Source: Chiloscyllium plagiosum (taxonomy: Eukaryota). Taken from it: a stretch of 64,000 nt of DNA. The notes beneath the pieces are model-generated. The model was given only the letters and a program-made list of their open reading frames with translations. It did not search any database and was not told the DNA's origin. Below, one piece after another: positions 1-13,154 of this stretch (positions are counted from its first letter, which is position 1; the number at the start of each line of letters is the position of its first letter). Position numbers and translations under genes: made by a program. The stretch lies in contig NC_057718.1 in NCBI RefSeq assembly GCF_004010195.1, forward strand, positions 86,020,683 to 86,084,682, written 5' to 3'.

Positions 1-234
1 CCTTCATCCCCTCCCCCACTCACCTATTGTACTTGATGCTACTTTCTCCCCATCTCCACCCTCCTCTCACTTATCTCTCCACCCTTCAGGCTCTCTGCCT
101 GTATTCCTGATGAAGGGCTTTTGCCCGAAATGTCGATTTTACTGCTCCTCTGATGCTGCCTGAACTACTGTGCTCTTCCAGCACCACTAATCCAGAATCT
201 GGTTTCCAGCATCTGCAGTCATTGCTTTTACCAC
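1..234 (+). mobile_element. Penelope-like element 3' terminal (pseudo-LTR) fragment with hammerhead motif
   Basis: Pyrimidine-rich tract, then ATTC-CTGATGA-A-GGGC-TTTT-GCCC-GAAA (107-130) and GATGCTGCCTGA...CCAGCATCTGCAG. The same terminus follows the GIY-YIG region of the Penelope copy at 13155-15140. Confidence 0.75.
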
Positions 235-326
235 CATGATGCAAACTATGCCAATTCTCAGTGATCCTTTGAAGATTAAACCCTTCAGTACATTTCAAGA
301 CTTTTCTTCCCATTTCCCTTTCCAAG

Positions 327-516
327 GAGATTAGCCGAGAGAGGAGCTCACAGGGGATTGGCAGAGAGAGGAGCCCACAGGAGATTGGCCGAGAGAGGAG
401 CTCACAGGGGATTGGCCGAGAGAGGAGCTCACAGGGGATTGGCAAAGAGAGAAGCTCACAGGGGATTGGCCGAGAGAGGAGCCCACAGGGAATTAGCTGA
501 GAGAGGAGCTCACAAG
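327..516. repeat. Minisatellite, about 27-nt unit (GGGATTGGCCGAGAGAGGAGCTCACAG) x7
   Basis: Head-to-tail repeats read directly; explains the PIPCELLSR repeat in ORF 86..445. Confidence 0.9.
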
Positions 517-739
517 GAAAGGTGAGGGAGAGTAGTGAGCTCTTGCTGGAGCAAGAAATCTGAGCTAACTGAAGTGAAGGAATGGTAAGGCCAGCTTAAC
601 CATTTTGGCTGCCTCAGATACATGGCTTTAAAGTGTGTCGCATTCACCATTTTGAATTCCAGGTAAATAAAGGTGAACTTTCATTCTGGACTTCTCATTT
701 TTCTCAGTTACTACAGCTATTTCAAAAGGAAAAGAGTCT

Positions 740-1250
740 GTGTGTGAGATGGTTTTGAGAGTGTGGGAATGGGGAGTTGGAAGTAGATAATAAGAAAAAG
801 GCAGATGAAATGCACAAATGCTTTGCTTTAGTCTTCACTGTCGAGGAGAAAAATACCTTCCAGTGATGGCTCGAAATCGGGAGGTGGAGGGGAGAGAGGA
901 ACTTGGCGAAATTACAATAATAAATGCTGTATTCTGAGCAAACTGTTGGAACTATGGGCTGACAAGTCTCTGGGTCCAGATGAACTTCATCATTGGGTTT
1001 TACAAGAGGTTGCTGAAGAGGGAGAGATGCATTGGGGTTAATTTTCCAAAATTCCTGCATTCAGAAATAGTCCATCAGACAGCAATAAAGTGAAAAGTAC
1101 TCGATATTGAAATGAGCAAATATAGTTTTATTCAAGAAGGGAGGGAGGCAGAAAACTGTGTGCCAGTTAGCTAGTCATGTGTCAGGAGTAAAGTGTTAGA
1201 ATCAATCACTGAAGAGATTCCAGCGGCACACACAGACAAACCTAAAGGAG
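740..1250 (+). mobile_element. Decayed CR1-type LINE ORF2 fragment
   Basis: Remnants such as EMHKCFALVFTVE and ADKSLGPDELH resemble other CR1 copies in the window (KSPGPDG motif). Confidence 0.6.
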
Positions 1251-1286
1251 TTTGGAAAAGCTAAATCAAGGGTTATTGAGGGATAA

Positions 1287-1555
1287 ACATAGAAACATAC
1301 GAGATAGGAGCAGGAAATGGCCATTCGGCTCCAACCTTTGATCTCATTTGGCCCAAGTGCTATATCTAGCTGCCTCTTGAACACATGCAATATTTAAGCA
1401 TTAACTACTTCCTGTGGTAATGAATTCCACAGGCTCACCACTTTTTAGGTGAAGAAATGTCTCCTTATCTCCATCCTAAACGGTCCACCCTGAAACCTCA
1501 GGTTGTGACCCCTGGTTCTGGATGTGCCCACCATTGGAAACATCCTCCCTGAATA
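1287..1555 (-). mobile_element. CR1-type LINE 3' end
   Basis: ACATAGAAACAT tail, GGCCATTCGGC hairpin and GAATTCCACAGG..CACCACT motif shared with 15145-15620. Confidence 0.65.
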
Positions 1556-3224
1556 TCCTGAGTGAAATGTTACTGAGAACTTACAGTAAACAGCGGAAGT
1601 GAAATCAGAGTTAAGAGAGAGAAATGAATTGGGAGAAAATAGTTCAAAAGAGAGAGAATAAAATGAGTTGGTAACAGAGTTACAGGAGGGAGATGTTGAC
1701 GGTGAGGGAGATAAAGGAACAGCAAGCTCAGAGAGAAACAGAAAAGGGTGGGGCTGGGATTAATATTTCCACAGAGCTCCTCCCACTGGGTCTGTAAGGT
1801 GGCTGGCAGAAGACAAACCTTTGAAAGATTTACTTCCTGAAGCTGACAGCTCCTGGCTCAGTCATTCCATGCTCAGTGAAGGATGGTCACATGATTGGGA
1901 AGGACAGCTCCTGATGTCCTGCTCAAACCAGAGTGAAAGACGGGCAGAAACCTTGTGTCTAACAGCTGCTTCTCACTGTCCTTTAGATGGCGCCACACAC
2001 TCAACTCCCCACATCAAATAAAAAGGAAACAAAGCCCATTTCTGATTGGCCAGAATAGAAGCTGATCCCTTGACAATTTCTTGACGGGATTGTCACTCTC
2101 TGAAGACAGGTGTTCACAGAATCAGCCACCTTCTCCCTTTAGTTCACTCATCACGAGACATTTTAGCTGCTCCTAGCTGGTGGGAGTGGAGGTTGTGAGG
2201 CTGGTAAAGTAAGAAGGCGCTGCATTGAGGTAGCACCTTATTGCTGTGTTGCCACCATTGAGGTTTCCTATTGACTGGGTTCCAGACCAGCTACCATCAC
2301 CAGGGAGACAGGCATCAATTTGTACAATGAAGGTAACAGTTACAGACCAGTGTAAGGACCATGATGCAATGGTGGGACAGACTCGATGGGCTGAATGGCC
2401 TAATTCTGTTACTATACCTGGTGGTCACATGACCAGTTGCCATTTTCTAGACTATGAGGCAACTCCTGACCATGTTCGGAGCTCTCCACAGCTTCAGGGA
2501 GATGGTTTCCTTGTGGTACCTTTAGGTGGGGAAGGGTGGGAGGGTATCAGTGCTGGCAGTGCCATGGTCCAAACAGGAGAGATCTCCAAGTAACCCTCCC
2601 AGAGGTGTTTCTGCTCCATCCCATGGAGCATACACCCCTCCTTAACCTTCTCAAGTCTAATGCTGTCTTAATGTCTGAGGGATACTCCAATTTGAGATAC
2701 CCTCAGGTTCTGCCACCCTCTCTTCTTGGGACAGTGCTGTGGGGTCAGAGCCATCAGCCCCTGGTACATTGGGTAGAATCAGGAAGCCATTAGCCCCATT
2801 TTGGGGGTGAAGAGCTTGCCGGCGGCTAATGAAGAGGCAGCCTGTGGTAAACCCAGCAGCCCCAGGGTCACTGCGGCAAGGCCGGGCTTCGAATTCACTC
2901 TTCGACCTGACACTGAGGGTCAGTGTAAAACATAGACCGCCATCTCCAAGCACAGACACTGCATTCCAAAAGGGGGAAATTGTTACAGAGGGAAAGGGAG
3001 ACAGGAAAGGAGAAGGGGGGAGAGAACATTTAGTGTTCTCCATGAGAGGCTGTAGCACTAAAAGGCAGATGTGAGTGAACTCAATACAAGCATTGAGAAA
3101 AAGTCACCAAGTGAATGTCACAAGAAATGAAGAAGACATTTATGTTTGTATTTTGCATTCTCAAACCAATCAGGAGAGTGACTGAGCCCGATCTGTACAT
3201 CCACAAATGGCCACAAGAGGGCAC

Positions 3225-5100
3225 TAAGAACATAAGAGCTCGGAGCAGGAGTAGACAATGCAGCCCCTTGAGCCTGCTCCGCCATTTAACACCATCATGG
3301 CTGCTCTCATCTCGGACTCAACTACACTTTCCTGCTCACTCCCCGTAACCCTTCACCCCATTACCAATTCAAAATGTGTCTGTCTCCTCCTTAAATCAGT
3401 GTCCAGCCGTCCATAGCATTTCACAGATACACGACCCTTTGAGAGGAGTAATTTATGATTATCTCTGATTTAAATCTGCTATCCCTTATCCAAATGCTCT
3501 TGTACTAGATTGCCCCACAAGGTGAAATGTCTACACCTGCTTTGTCAATCCTCTTTAGGATCTTATCTCCCTTAATTAGATCTCCTCTCCTCCTTCCAAA
3601 CTCCAGAGCATGTCGGCCTAAGTTGTTCAATCTCTCTTCATAAGAAAACTCCCTCATCTTTGGAATCAATCTGATTAATCTGCTCTGAACTGTCTCCAAT
3701 ACAACTACATCCCTCCTCAAGTAAGAGGACCGAAATTCACACAATACTCCAGGTGCAGTCTCAGCAATGACATGTATAGTTACAGCAATACTTCCCCACT
3801 TTTATACTCTATACCTTTAGCAATAAATGCCAAAATTCCACTTGCCTTCCTTATTACCTGCTGGACCTCATATTTATGCACAAGGACACCCGATCCCTCT
3901 GCACTGAAACACTTTGAAGTTTCTTTCTCTTTAGATAGTAGGTTGACTTTCTATTCTTCTGATCAAATTGGTGAACTTCATATTTATTTACAATAAACTT
4001 CATCTGCCAAACTATGGCTGAATCAGTGAACCTATCCATATCCACTTTTAATTGTTTTATTCCTTTCTTGCAAATTACTTTCCCACTTATTTTAGTATCA
4101 TCTGAAAATTGAGCTAAAGTACTTTCTATCCCAACGTCCAAGTCATTAATATGGATTGTACACAGTTGGAGTCTGAGGACTGAATCCTGGGGCATCTCAC
4201 TCGTTATGTCCTGCCAACCAGAAAAAGACCCATTTATCTGGAGTCTCAGCTTTCTGTTGGTGAGCCGATCCTCTGTGTGAGCGAATAAATTACCCCAACC
4301 CCATGTGATCTTACCTTGTGTGTTAACCTTTTGTATGGTACTGTATCAAATTGCCTTCTGGAAGCCCAGATACCGACAGGATCCCCATTCTCCACTTTGC
4401 TTGTTACATCGTCAAAGATCATCTCGTAAATTAGTCAAACATAGTTTATTCTTCATAAAACCATGCCGACTGTAATAGATTGTACTTCGACTTTCCTAAT
4501 GTCCTGCTATTACTTCCTTTATAATAGATTCTAACAATTACCCAACAGCACATGTTAAACTAACTGCTCTATGCTTTCCTAATTTCTGCCTTCCTTCTGT
4601 TTTGAATAATAGTGTTACAATAACATTTTCCCAATCCATTGAAATCTTCCCTGTTTCCAGGGAATTTTGGAAAATTATACCCAGTGGATCCACGATCTCT
4701 GCTGCCACTTCCTTTCAGACCCAAGGAGGACCCCTTCAGGCCCTGGGGACTTGTCTGGCTTCAATCCCAATATTTTGTTCATTACTGTTTCCCTCGTGAT
4801 GGTGATTGTTCTAAGTCCCTCCCTGTCTATAACCTCTGCATTACCTGTTACTACTGAAATGGCTCTAGTGTCCTCCACAGTGGAAGGTGAAGCAAAATAT
4901 TAACTTAGTGTCTCTGCCATTTCTGTTTTCCCCAGGATTAACTCCCAAGCCTCACCCTCCAAGGGACCAACAATCACTTTAGCTACTCTCTTCCCTTTTC
5001 TATACTTACAGCAGTTTTTGCTATCTGCTTTTTAAAAAATATTTTGCATTTATTTCCTTAAATAATTACTTTTTAGTGATCCATTGTTGATTTTTAAGTC
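3225..5100 (-). mobile_element. CR1-type LINE, decayed ORF2 (RT) to 3' tail
   Basis: ORFs 3854..4195 (PQDSVL..INDLD..FSDDTK = RT motifs), 3505..3744 (LETVQSR..YEERL..RGDLI) and 4675..4878 (KPDKSPGP). Confidence 0.85.
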
Positions 5101-5869
5101 TTTGCCAAACTGTTCTACTGACCCTTACTTCATGAAAAAGTTGCAGAATGTTCAACATTCCTTTTCTTTCATAATTGCTTTTAGTAATCCTTTGTTGATC
5201 TTTAAAGTTTTCCAAAATATCACTCCATGAAAAAGTTGCAGAATGTTCAACATTCCGTTCAACACACAGACCTCTTTTGTTTATTCACAAATCTAACTGA
5301 ACCATGGGATTTCTGTTTCTAAGAGAATAATACCTTTCTTGAATCCAAACTTTCTGAATTAGGGGGGAGTTCCTTGGCCTAGATGAGCCTGATTCTGACA
5401 CGGTTTCTCCAACAACGATTGACTTGGCCTTGACTCTGTCCTGAAACTTCCACTTCATCAGATGTGACTGTCTGACTGACTCCAATCTGCTCCAAGCTCC
5501 GGGGCAACTTGCTGTTGGAGTAACGATGATCTAACAATCCAATTCAACACGTTAATTTGGTTCTGCTCAACTTCTTTCTATTTGTGAACTGATGGAAGGC
5601 AAACATGATCTATTTATAGAAACCTAACACTTCCATGCTAATATGAGTTAACCAAATACCTATGTAAACCACATATTTTTGTTCACCTTCCTGGTAGCCA
5701 CTTCAATCTCCTGTCCATCATTCTCCCCCTGTCATCACTGTCTCTCTGTTGCCTTGTTTTGTTGACTGACTGTGTAAATATGGGTACAGCAATCAAAACC
5801 TTATTCGAGTCGGTCAAGTAAACAATACAGCTGGCTTTCTGGAAATAGGTGTATGAAGTGCATGATGAT

Positions 5870-8640
5870 AAGACCATAAGACATAGGAGGATAAGTTAGG
5901 CCATTCAGCCCATCGAGTCAGCTCCTATTTTCAATCATGGCTGGAAAATTTCTCAACCCCATTCTCCAGCTTTCTCCCTGTAACCCTTGATCCCCTTGAT
6001 ACTTAAGAACCTATCTATCTCAGTCTTAAATATACCTGGCCTCCACAGCCTTCTATGGCAGTGAATTCCATAGATTTACCACTCTGTGACTGAAGAAGTT
6101 TCCCCTTATCTCCATTTAAAAGGTCTTCCCTGTACTCTTAGGCTGTGTCCTTAGGTCTTAGCTTCTCCTACCAATGGAAACATCTTCCCAGCATCTACTC
6201 TGTCCAGGCCATTCAGTATTCTGTAAGTTTCAATTAGGTCCCCTCTCATCCTTCTGAACTCCATCTCATATAGACCCAGAGTCCTCAAAGGTTCCTCAAA
6301 TGATAAGCTTTTTATTCCTGGGACCGTTCTTGTGAACCTTCTCTGAACATTCTCCAGGGCCAGTACATCCTTCCTCAGATATGGGACCCAAAGCTGCACA
6401 CAATACTCCAAATGTGGGTTGACCAGAGCCTTCTAGAGCCTCAGAAGTACATCCCTGCTTTTATATTTAGGTTCTCTCAAAATAAGTGCAATATTTGCAT
6501 TTGCTTTCCTAACTCAGCCTGCAAATTTACCTCAAGAGAATCCTGGAGATGAATTACCAAGTCTCTTTGCACTTCAGACTACTGAATTTTCTCTCCATTT
6601 AGAAAATAGCCCATGCCTCTATTCTTCCGACCAAAGTGTATCACCCTGTTGTACTCCATCTGCCACTTCTTTGCCCACTCTCCTAATCTGTCCAAATTCT
6701 CCTGCAGCCTCCCCACCTCCTCAATGCTGCCTGTCCCTCTACCTATCTTTGTATCATTTCAGTTCCTTCTTCTAGATTGTTAATGTACAAAGTGAAAAGT
6801 TGTGGTCCCAACACTGACCCTTGTGGAACATCACTTGTCACCATCTGCCATCCTGAGAAGGACTTTTTTATCCCCACTCTCTGTTTTCTGCCAGACAGCT
6901 AAGCTTTTATCCATGCTAGCACCTTCCCTCTACCATCATGGGCTCTTATCTTACTCAGTAGCCTCCTGTGCATCACCTTGTCAAAGACCTTCTTGAAGTC
7001 CAGACAGATAATGTCCATTAGTTTTCCTTGAACTAACCTGCTCATTACTTCCTCAAAGGATTCTCGCAGATTTGTCAGGCCTGAGCTCTGCCTGGATGAA
7101 ACCATATTGATTTTTCCCTACTTTACCGTGCATTTCCAAGTATTCAGCCATCTCATCCTTCACAATGGATTCCAGGAACTTACCCACAACTGAGTTTAGG
7201 CTAATCAGTCTGTAACATCTGTCTTTTGCCTGATTCCCTTTTAAACAGGGATGTCATGATAATTTTCCAGTCCTCTGGGAGCCTCTGTGATTCTCGTGAT
7301 TCCTGAATGATCACCACTGACACCTCCATTGTCTCTTCAGCTATCTCCGTTCACACTCTGGGGTGTCGTCCATCTAGTCCAGGTGATTTATTCACCTTCA
7401 GGCCATTCAGTTTTTCTAGCAACTTCTCCTTGGTGATGGCCATCATAGTCAGCTCTGCCCCCTCATTCTCTTGAATTTTTGGGATATTACTCATGTCTTC
7501 CACCATGATGATTGACATGAAGTAATTAGTCAGTTCCTCAGCCATTTCCTTGTTCCCCACTCCTATCTCTCCGGCATCATTTTCCAGTGATCTAATGTCC
7601 ACTTCTGCCTCTCTTTTGCCCTTTATATATCTAAAGAAACTCATACAATCTTCTTTTATATTACTGGCTAGTTTACCCTCATAGTTAATCTTCTCCTTCC
7701 GCGGTCCAACATCCACTTCTGCCTCTCTTTTGCACTTTATAAATTTATAGAAACTCTTACAGTCTTCCATTATAATATGGCCAGCTTACCCTCATAGTTA
7801 ATCTTCTCCTTCCTTATTTCTTTATTTGTCGCCCTCTATTGGTCTTTGTAAACTTCCCAATCCTCGGGTTTCCCACTGCCCTTCACCACATTATATACTT
7901 TCTCTTTTGCGTTGATGCTGTCCCTGACTCCCTGGTCAGCCAGGGTTACCTCATCCTCCCTGTACCTTGCTTCTTTTTCCTCAGGATGAATCTCTGTTGT
8001 GTCTCCTGAATTGCTCCCAGAAACCCCTGCCATTGCTGTTCTATAGTCTTTTCTGTTGGGCTCCTCTCTCAGTCAATTCCACCCAGCCCCTCCCTCATAC
8101 CTCTGTAGTTGCCTTTATTCAGCTATAATATCATTACCTCTGATTCTATCTTCTGCCTTTGCAATTGCAGGAGTAAATTCAATCATGTTATGATCACTGC
8201 CTCTGAAGGGTTCCATCACCTCAAGCTCCCTAATCAAGTCTGCCTCTTTGGTCAGCACTAATCCAATATTGCCTGTTCCCTGGTGGGCTCCACCACAAGG
8301 TGCTCACAAAAGCCATCTCATAGACATTCCACAAATGCCTTTCCTTCCAGTCCACTACCAACCTCATTTTCTCAGTCCACTTGCATATTGAAATCCCCCA
8401 TGATCACTGTAACTTTGCCTTTCCTACACATCGTTTCTATCTCTTGGTGTATCTTGCGCCCTAGCTCCTGATTACTGTTTGGCGGCCTGTACGTCACTCC
8501 AACTATGATATTTTTACCTTTGCGGTTCCTCAATTCTATCCACATGGATTCTCCACCATCTCACCCTAATTCATTTCTTACTATTGATTTAGTTTCATTT
8601 CTTACTAATAGGGTAACCCCACACCCTCTGCGCCTCCTTG
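5870..8640 (-). mobile_element. CR1-type LINE, endonuclease through RT to 3' tail
   Basis: ORFs 6151..6411 (EYCVQLWVP..ALENVQRRFTR), 6899..7105 (CLDFKKVFDKVMH) and 7351..7770; CATAAGAC-type tail near 5870. Confidence 0.9.
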
Positions 8641-8719
8641 AATATTCAGCTCCCAGTCCTGATCCCCTTGCATGTCTCCATGATGATAATTTTAAAAGTT
8701 GTGAGTTTGTGATTCAATA

Positions 8720-9660
8720 ACAGCAAAAAACTAAAGATGCTGAAAATCTGAAACAAGCACAGAATGCTGGAGAGACTCAGCAGGTCCGGCAGCATCTGGG
8801 GAGAGAGAAACAGAGTTAACATTTCAAGTCTGGTATGACTCTTCAGAATTGAAGCCACAGAACCACGATGGTGTTGTTCCTCTGCTTTTCTTATTGGCTG
8901 TTGTCAGGGCCTCGAGCTGACTCAGCTGCTGCTTGCTCCAACAGATGACGGGCATTTTGACTTTACAAGCTTTGTCCAAAGTTAACGTTAGCAATGTCAG
9001 CAACTTACTGCGAATGCATTCGCTTTGTAAACTGCACACCAACCTGTCTAAAGTTCCAATGAATAGACAGCTTTTGCAAAGGTATTGTAAGCTCTCCAGT
9101 AAAAACAGAGTGCTGAAGAAACTCAGCCTGCCTGGGAACAACTGTGAAGAGAGAAAGCAATTTAATGTTTCACGTCTGATATCGCTCTTCTTCAGAATGG
9201 AAAGCAGCTGGAAAATGCTGACAGAAAGGGAGGAGAAGCGTGTAGAACAGATTGTATTTGTCTTTTACTCGGACATTAATACAGTGATAACAGTGGCAAA
9301 GGAGAGCTAGAGATGTTAAATAGGTGTTAATGTTCGCTGTGCAAAAGAGAAAATTGATCTGTTCTGCTAAAAGCAAAGCCATCACGACACAGCTGGGGAA
9401 TGTTGTGAGATGTAAGAACAATTAAGATCAAAGGTTTTGACATTGGGGAACTCTGTATGGGGTTCTTGAGAGTGTAATTTGCCTCTGTGGAAAGTGAGAC
9501 GTTGTTCCTCCAACTTGCAATGAGCTTCATTAGAACACAATAGCAGGCTAAGGACAGAAATGCTAGTGTGGGAGCAAGGTAGTTTACTGAAATGGCAAGC
9601 AACTGGAAGCTTGAGGTCATTTGTATGGACAGAGGGGAGATTCTCACCAATACACAAGAA
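8720..9660 (-). mobile_element. Old Penelope-like fragments (terminal region and GIY-YIG C-terminus)
   Basis: ORF 9382..9657 LPVACHF..HTSISVLSLL..HCKLEEQRLTF..EF matches the Penelope GIY-YIG end seen at 13273..13758 and 40422..40859. Terminal-region copies lie at about 8720-8850 and 9095-9200. Confidence 0.6.
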
Positions 9661-9719
9661 GCTTCATTGTGAATAACAGGATTACCTGCAGCAATGTAAC
9701 CTTACAGTATCCTCACTGT

Positions 9720-10450
9720 GTAACTGATGCCTTAATTCAAACCAGTAGCTTTCAGCAATTTCTTCCCCAGTTTCCCACAATGTCATAGGAAACTCCTGAT
9801 CCAGTCTGGGAGATTTAATGACATTTATATTTTTAAGACCTCCAGCAGTTCCTCTTCTGTAATGTGAATGTTTTTCAACACATCAATGTTTATTCTCTCA
9901 AGTTCTCAAACTTCCATGTCTTTCTCCACAGTAAATACTGAAGCAAAATATTAATTTCGTATCTATCCCATCTCCTGTGATTGATCTTTAAAGGGCCCTA
10001 TTACCAAGCCATTTGCTGTTTTACCCTAACTATACTTATAGAAAATGGTTGGATCATCCTGAACCTTATCTGCCAAGGCTATCTCATATCCCCACTTTGC
10101 CCTCCTGATTTCCAGATGAAGAACGCCCCTGCACTCCTTTTACACTTCAAGAGATTCACTTGATCCCAGTTGTCTGGACCTGACATATGCTTCCTTCACG
10201 TTCTTGACCAGAGTCTCAATGACTCTATTCATCCTATGTTTCCCTACTCCCACCAGCCTTCCCCTTCACTCTAACAGGATCATACAGTTTCTGAACTCTC
10301 AGTATCTCACTTGTGAAAGTCTCCTACTTGCCAGTTGTCCCTGAGAAGAAATGTTTTCAATCAACATTTGAAGGTTCCTGTCATATACCCTCAAACTTGG
10401 TCTTACTCCAATTTTTATACAAGACCTATCTTTTTCCATAGCTATTTTAG
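9720..10450 (-). mobile_element. Decayed CR1-type LINE ORF2 fragment
   Basis: Nucleotide similarity to other CR1 copies (e.g. AAATACTGAAGCAAAATATT). Confidence 0.5.
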
Positions 10451-10934
10451 AACTATTAGAATTATGAGGAGCTACAGTTGTAATCAGAGCTACGATCTTA
10501 CTGTTATGTATTGCTAGATACCATCAGTCACTAGTTATGGAGCCAATGGTAGAGCCAGTTGTAGGTGATAACTCTGTTATTGTTATCCTTCTGAATCATG
10601 TGAATGGCATTCAAAAATACAATCTCCAATTCAATTGCTCTTATACAATTATACCTTAAGACAATGTGACATACACTGAGCCAGAAATATTGTCTTAAAA
10701 AATGATGGATTTAAAAATACATACCCCAAACAAAAATGGACCAAGTGTTAAGAACGAGATACTCATGGATCTTTATTGAGCAGGAGCAGATATCCTAAGA
10801 GCACACTTGTGTTAAATGGTTTGTTAACACAATTTGAGGAACAATCTGATTCTCATATTCAAACCTCTTTGCACGTGCTGCCTCAACAGCAGCTGAGCTG
10901 GAGATGAACAATAATATTCCTTTCCGGACCGTGC

Positions 10935-11529
10935 TTACATTGACCAGCTTTGTTCCCATCGTTTAATGGAATTCTGGATGGTGATGAAGGGAAATTTCAC
11001 AGAATTCAGCACCTCCTCTCTGAAATTCCTCTGTGTGATTGCATAAATAAATGTGTTGGTGCAGGAGCTGGATAGCTGAAGCATTATCGCCATGCGATCT
11101 CCCACCCAATAACTAACTGATGCTAAAGTATACCACCCAGTAATTCGCTGAACTGTGAGAATTCTGACATGAGTGATCCATTAAAGGATAAAACTGCCTG
11201 CTATGGCAAAGAGCAAAATGATGGATTCTCAGTGCAGAATTTTCTCTTCAGTTTCTGGAAACAAATAGCCACCATCCAGTCAAAGGTGAAGGTGACTGTG
11301 AGCCAGACTGAGCTACTTACAGCTGTGGAACCAATAACGTCTCTGATGCTACAACCAGGAGGGTAGTGGAGGAACACAATGTGAAGATATAAGTAATTCA
11401 TCTTGTCCAGTATGACTTGAATAATGACAATCAGTAGATCTGTTACAGCCGTTATGATCAGGTACCAAGTGACACCTTTAGAAAGACCACACTTCCCTTG
11501 TGCTAGAGTCACAATTGCAATTAGGTTAG
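10935..11529 (-). pseudogene. Divergent GPR139/GPR142-like GPCR pseudogene (exon 2 remnant with large internal deletion)
   Basis: Acceptor TTTTTTACATTTACAG|CT AAC at 11530/11529. TM1-TM3 read ANLIAIVTLAQGKCGLSKGVTWYL..TDLL..SVWLTVTFTFDW. At about 11228 it jumps to TM6 (SIILLFAIAGSFIL*W) and TM7 (MLQLSSSCTNTFIYAITQRNFREE), ending at TAA 10935-10937. Confidence 0.85.
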
Positions 11530-12238
11530 CTGTAAATGTAAAAAAGGATGTCATACCAAATTTAGAGTGAAAATGTGTAAGTCGTCTAAGCATTAAAAAT
11601 TTACAATTTTACAGCTTGTAAGAAATAAACAGACTGGAGACATTGTCCAAAGGTGTCAATAGGTAAGATTCTCAATGGACAATGAGAATATAATTTGCGC
11701 AGAAGCATAAAGCTTTTTTTTTTCAGGTAAGTGCAAGTTATATCAAGTGTTTTGCAGGAATTCTTACTGTTCATCCCCATGTCTCTTTCCTCCATATATT
11801 ACCAAATGCACCTCATTCATGACCCACTCCACTTGTAGGGTGTCACTCACATCCAATGTTATCCCTAACTTCCCATGTTCCATTCCCAGAATATCTCACT
11901 GGATATCCCTGGAATGATTGATATCCCTTGTGCTCGTGCCAACTTTAAAATCCCACAGTGCACCTGGGCAAGCACTGTGAGGCCTGAGCTGATCTGCATG
12001 GTGACTCAGAAAAGAAACCATTGGTTTGCCCCTGATGTGGCAGACATGGGGAAATGGACATTTCAGTTTGTGGGGAGGTAACTGGAGCTCCTGCTGGATG
12101 GGAGGATTCAGACACAGAATATCCTTGTCCCAATATTTGATCAGTTGTCATAATAAACCGTCTGTTTCACTGACATTCTTCAGGGAGAAATCGGCCATCT
12201 TTACCTAGTTTGGCCTCAATGAGACACTAGGTGCCCAA

Positions 12239-13050
12239 TAGAACATAGAACATAGAACAATACAGCACAGAACAGGCCCTTCGGCCCACGATGTTGTGCC
12301 AAGCATTTGTCCTAGCTTAAGCACCCATCCATGTACCTATCCAATTGCCGCTTAATGATTCTGACTCTGCCACTCCCACAGGCAGCGCATTCCATGCCCC
12401 CACCACTCTCTGGGTAAAGAACCAACCCCTGACATCCCCCCATACCTTCCACCCTTCACCTTAAATTTATGTCCCCTTGTAANNNNNNNNNNNNNNNNNN
12501 NNNNNNNNNNNNNNNNNNNNNNNNNNNNNNNNNNNNNNNNNNNNNNNNNNNNNNNNNNNNNNNNNNNNNNNNNNNNNNNNNNNNNNNNNNNNNNNNNNNN
12601 NNNNNNNNNNNNNNNNNNNNNNNNNNNNNNGACTCCAAGATCCCTCTGCTCCTCCACCTTACTAAGAACCCTACCGTTAACCCTGTATTCCGCATTCTTA
12701 TTTGTCCTTCCAAAATGGACAACCTCACACTTGACAGGGTTGAACTCCATCTGCCACTCCTCAGCCCAGCTCTGCATCATATCTAAGTCCCTTTGCAGCT
12801 GAAAACAGCCCTCCTCACTATCCACAACTCCACCAATCTTCGTATCATCTGCAGATTTACTGATCCACCCTTCGATTCCCTCTTCCAAGTCATTAATAAA
12901 AATTACAAACAGCAGAGGACCCAGAACTGATCCCTGCGGAACTCCACTTGTAACTGGGCTCCAGGCTGAATATTTACCATCTACCACCACTCTCTGACTT
13001 CGACCGGTTAGCCAGTTTTCTATCCAACTGGCCAAATTTCCCTCTATCCC
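12239..13050 (-). mobile_element. CR1-type LINE 3' portion (contains N-gap 12483-12630)
   Basis: ORF 12352..13116 [21 protein letters not shown]; (ATAGAAC)n tail at about 12239-12260. Confidence 0.9.
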
Positions 13051-13154
13051 ATCCCATCCCATGCCCAATAATTCAGTTGCCTCTTGTTTTTTACGTGGAC
13101 AAAGGACTAATCTCAAGAGGTGATGGGAGAGTGACTAGTCTTGACATCAAACAG

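Noticed and set aside
86..445. 119-aa ORF with PIPCELLSR repeats
   Set aside because: Translation of the minisatellite plus the antisense Penelope terminus; starts at TTG and has no gene context.
327..516. CRISPR-like regular repeats
   Set aside because: Units are contiguous with no unique spacers, there are no cas genes, and the context is eukaryotic.
2246..3074. Cluster of overlapping 80-130 aa ORFs
   Set aside because: No recognisable domain or splice structure; probably an unclassified repeat fragment that cannot be assigned from sequence alone.
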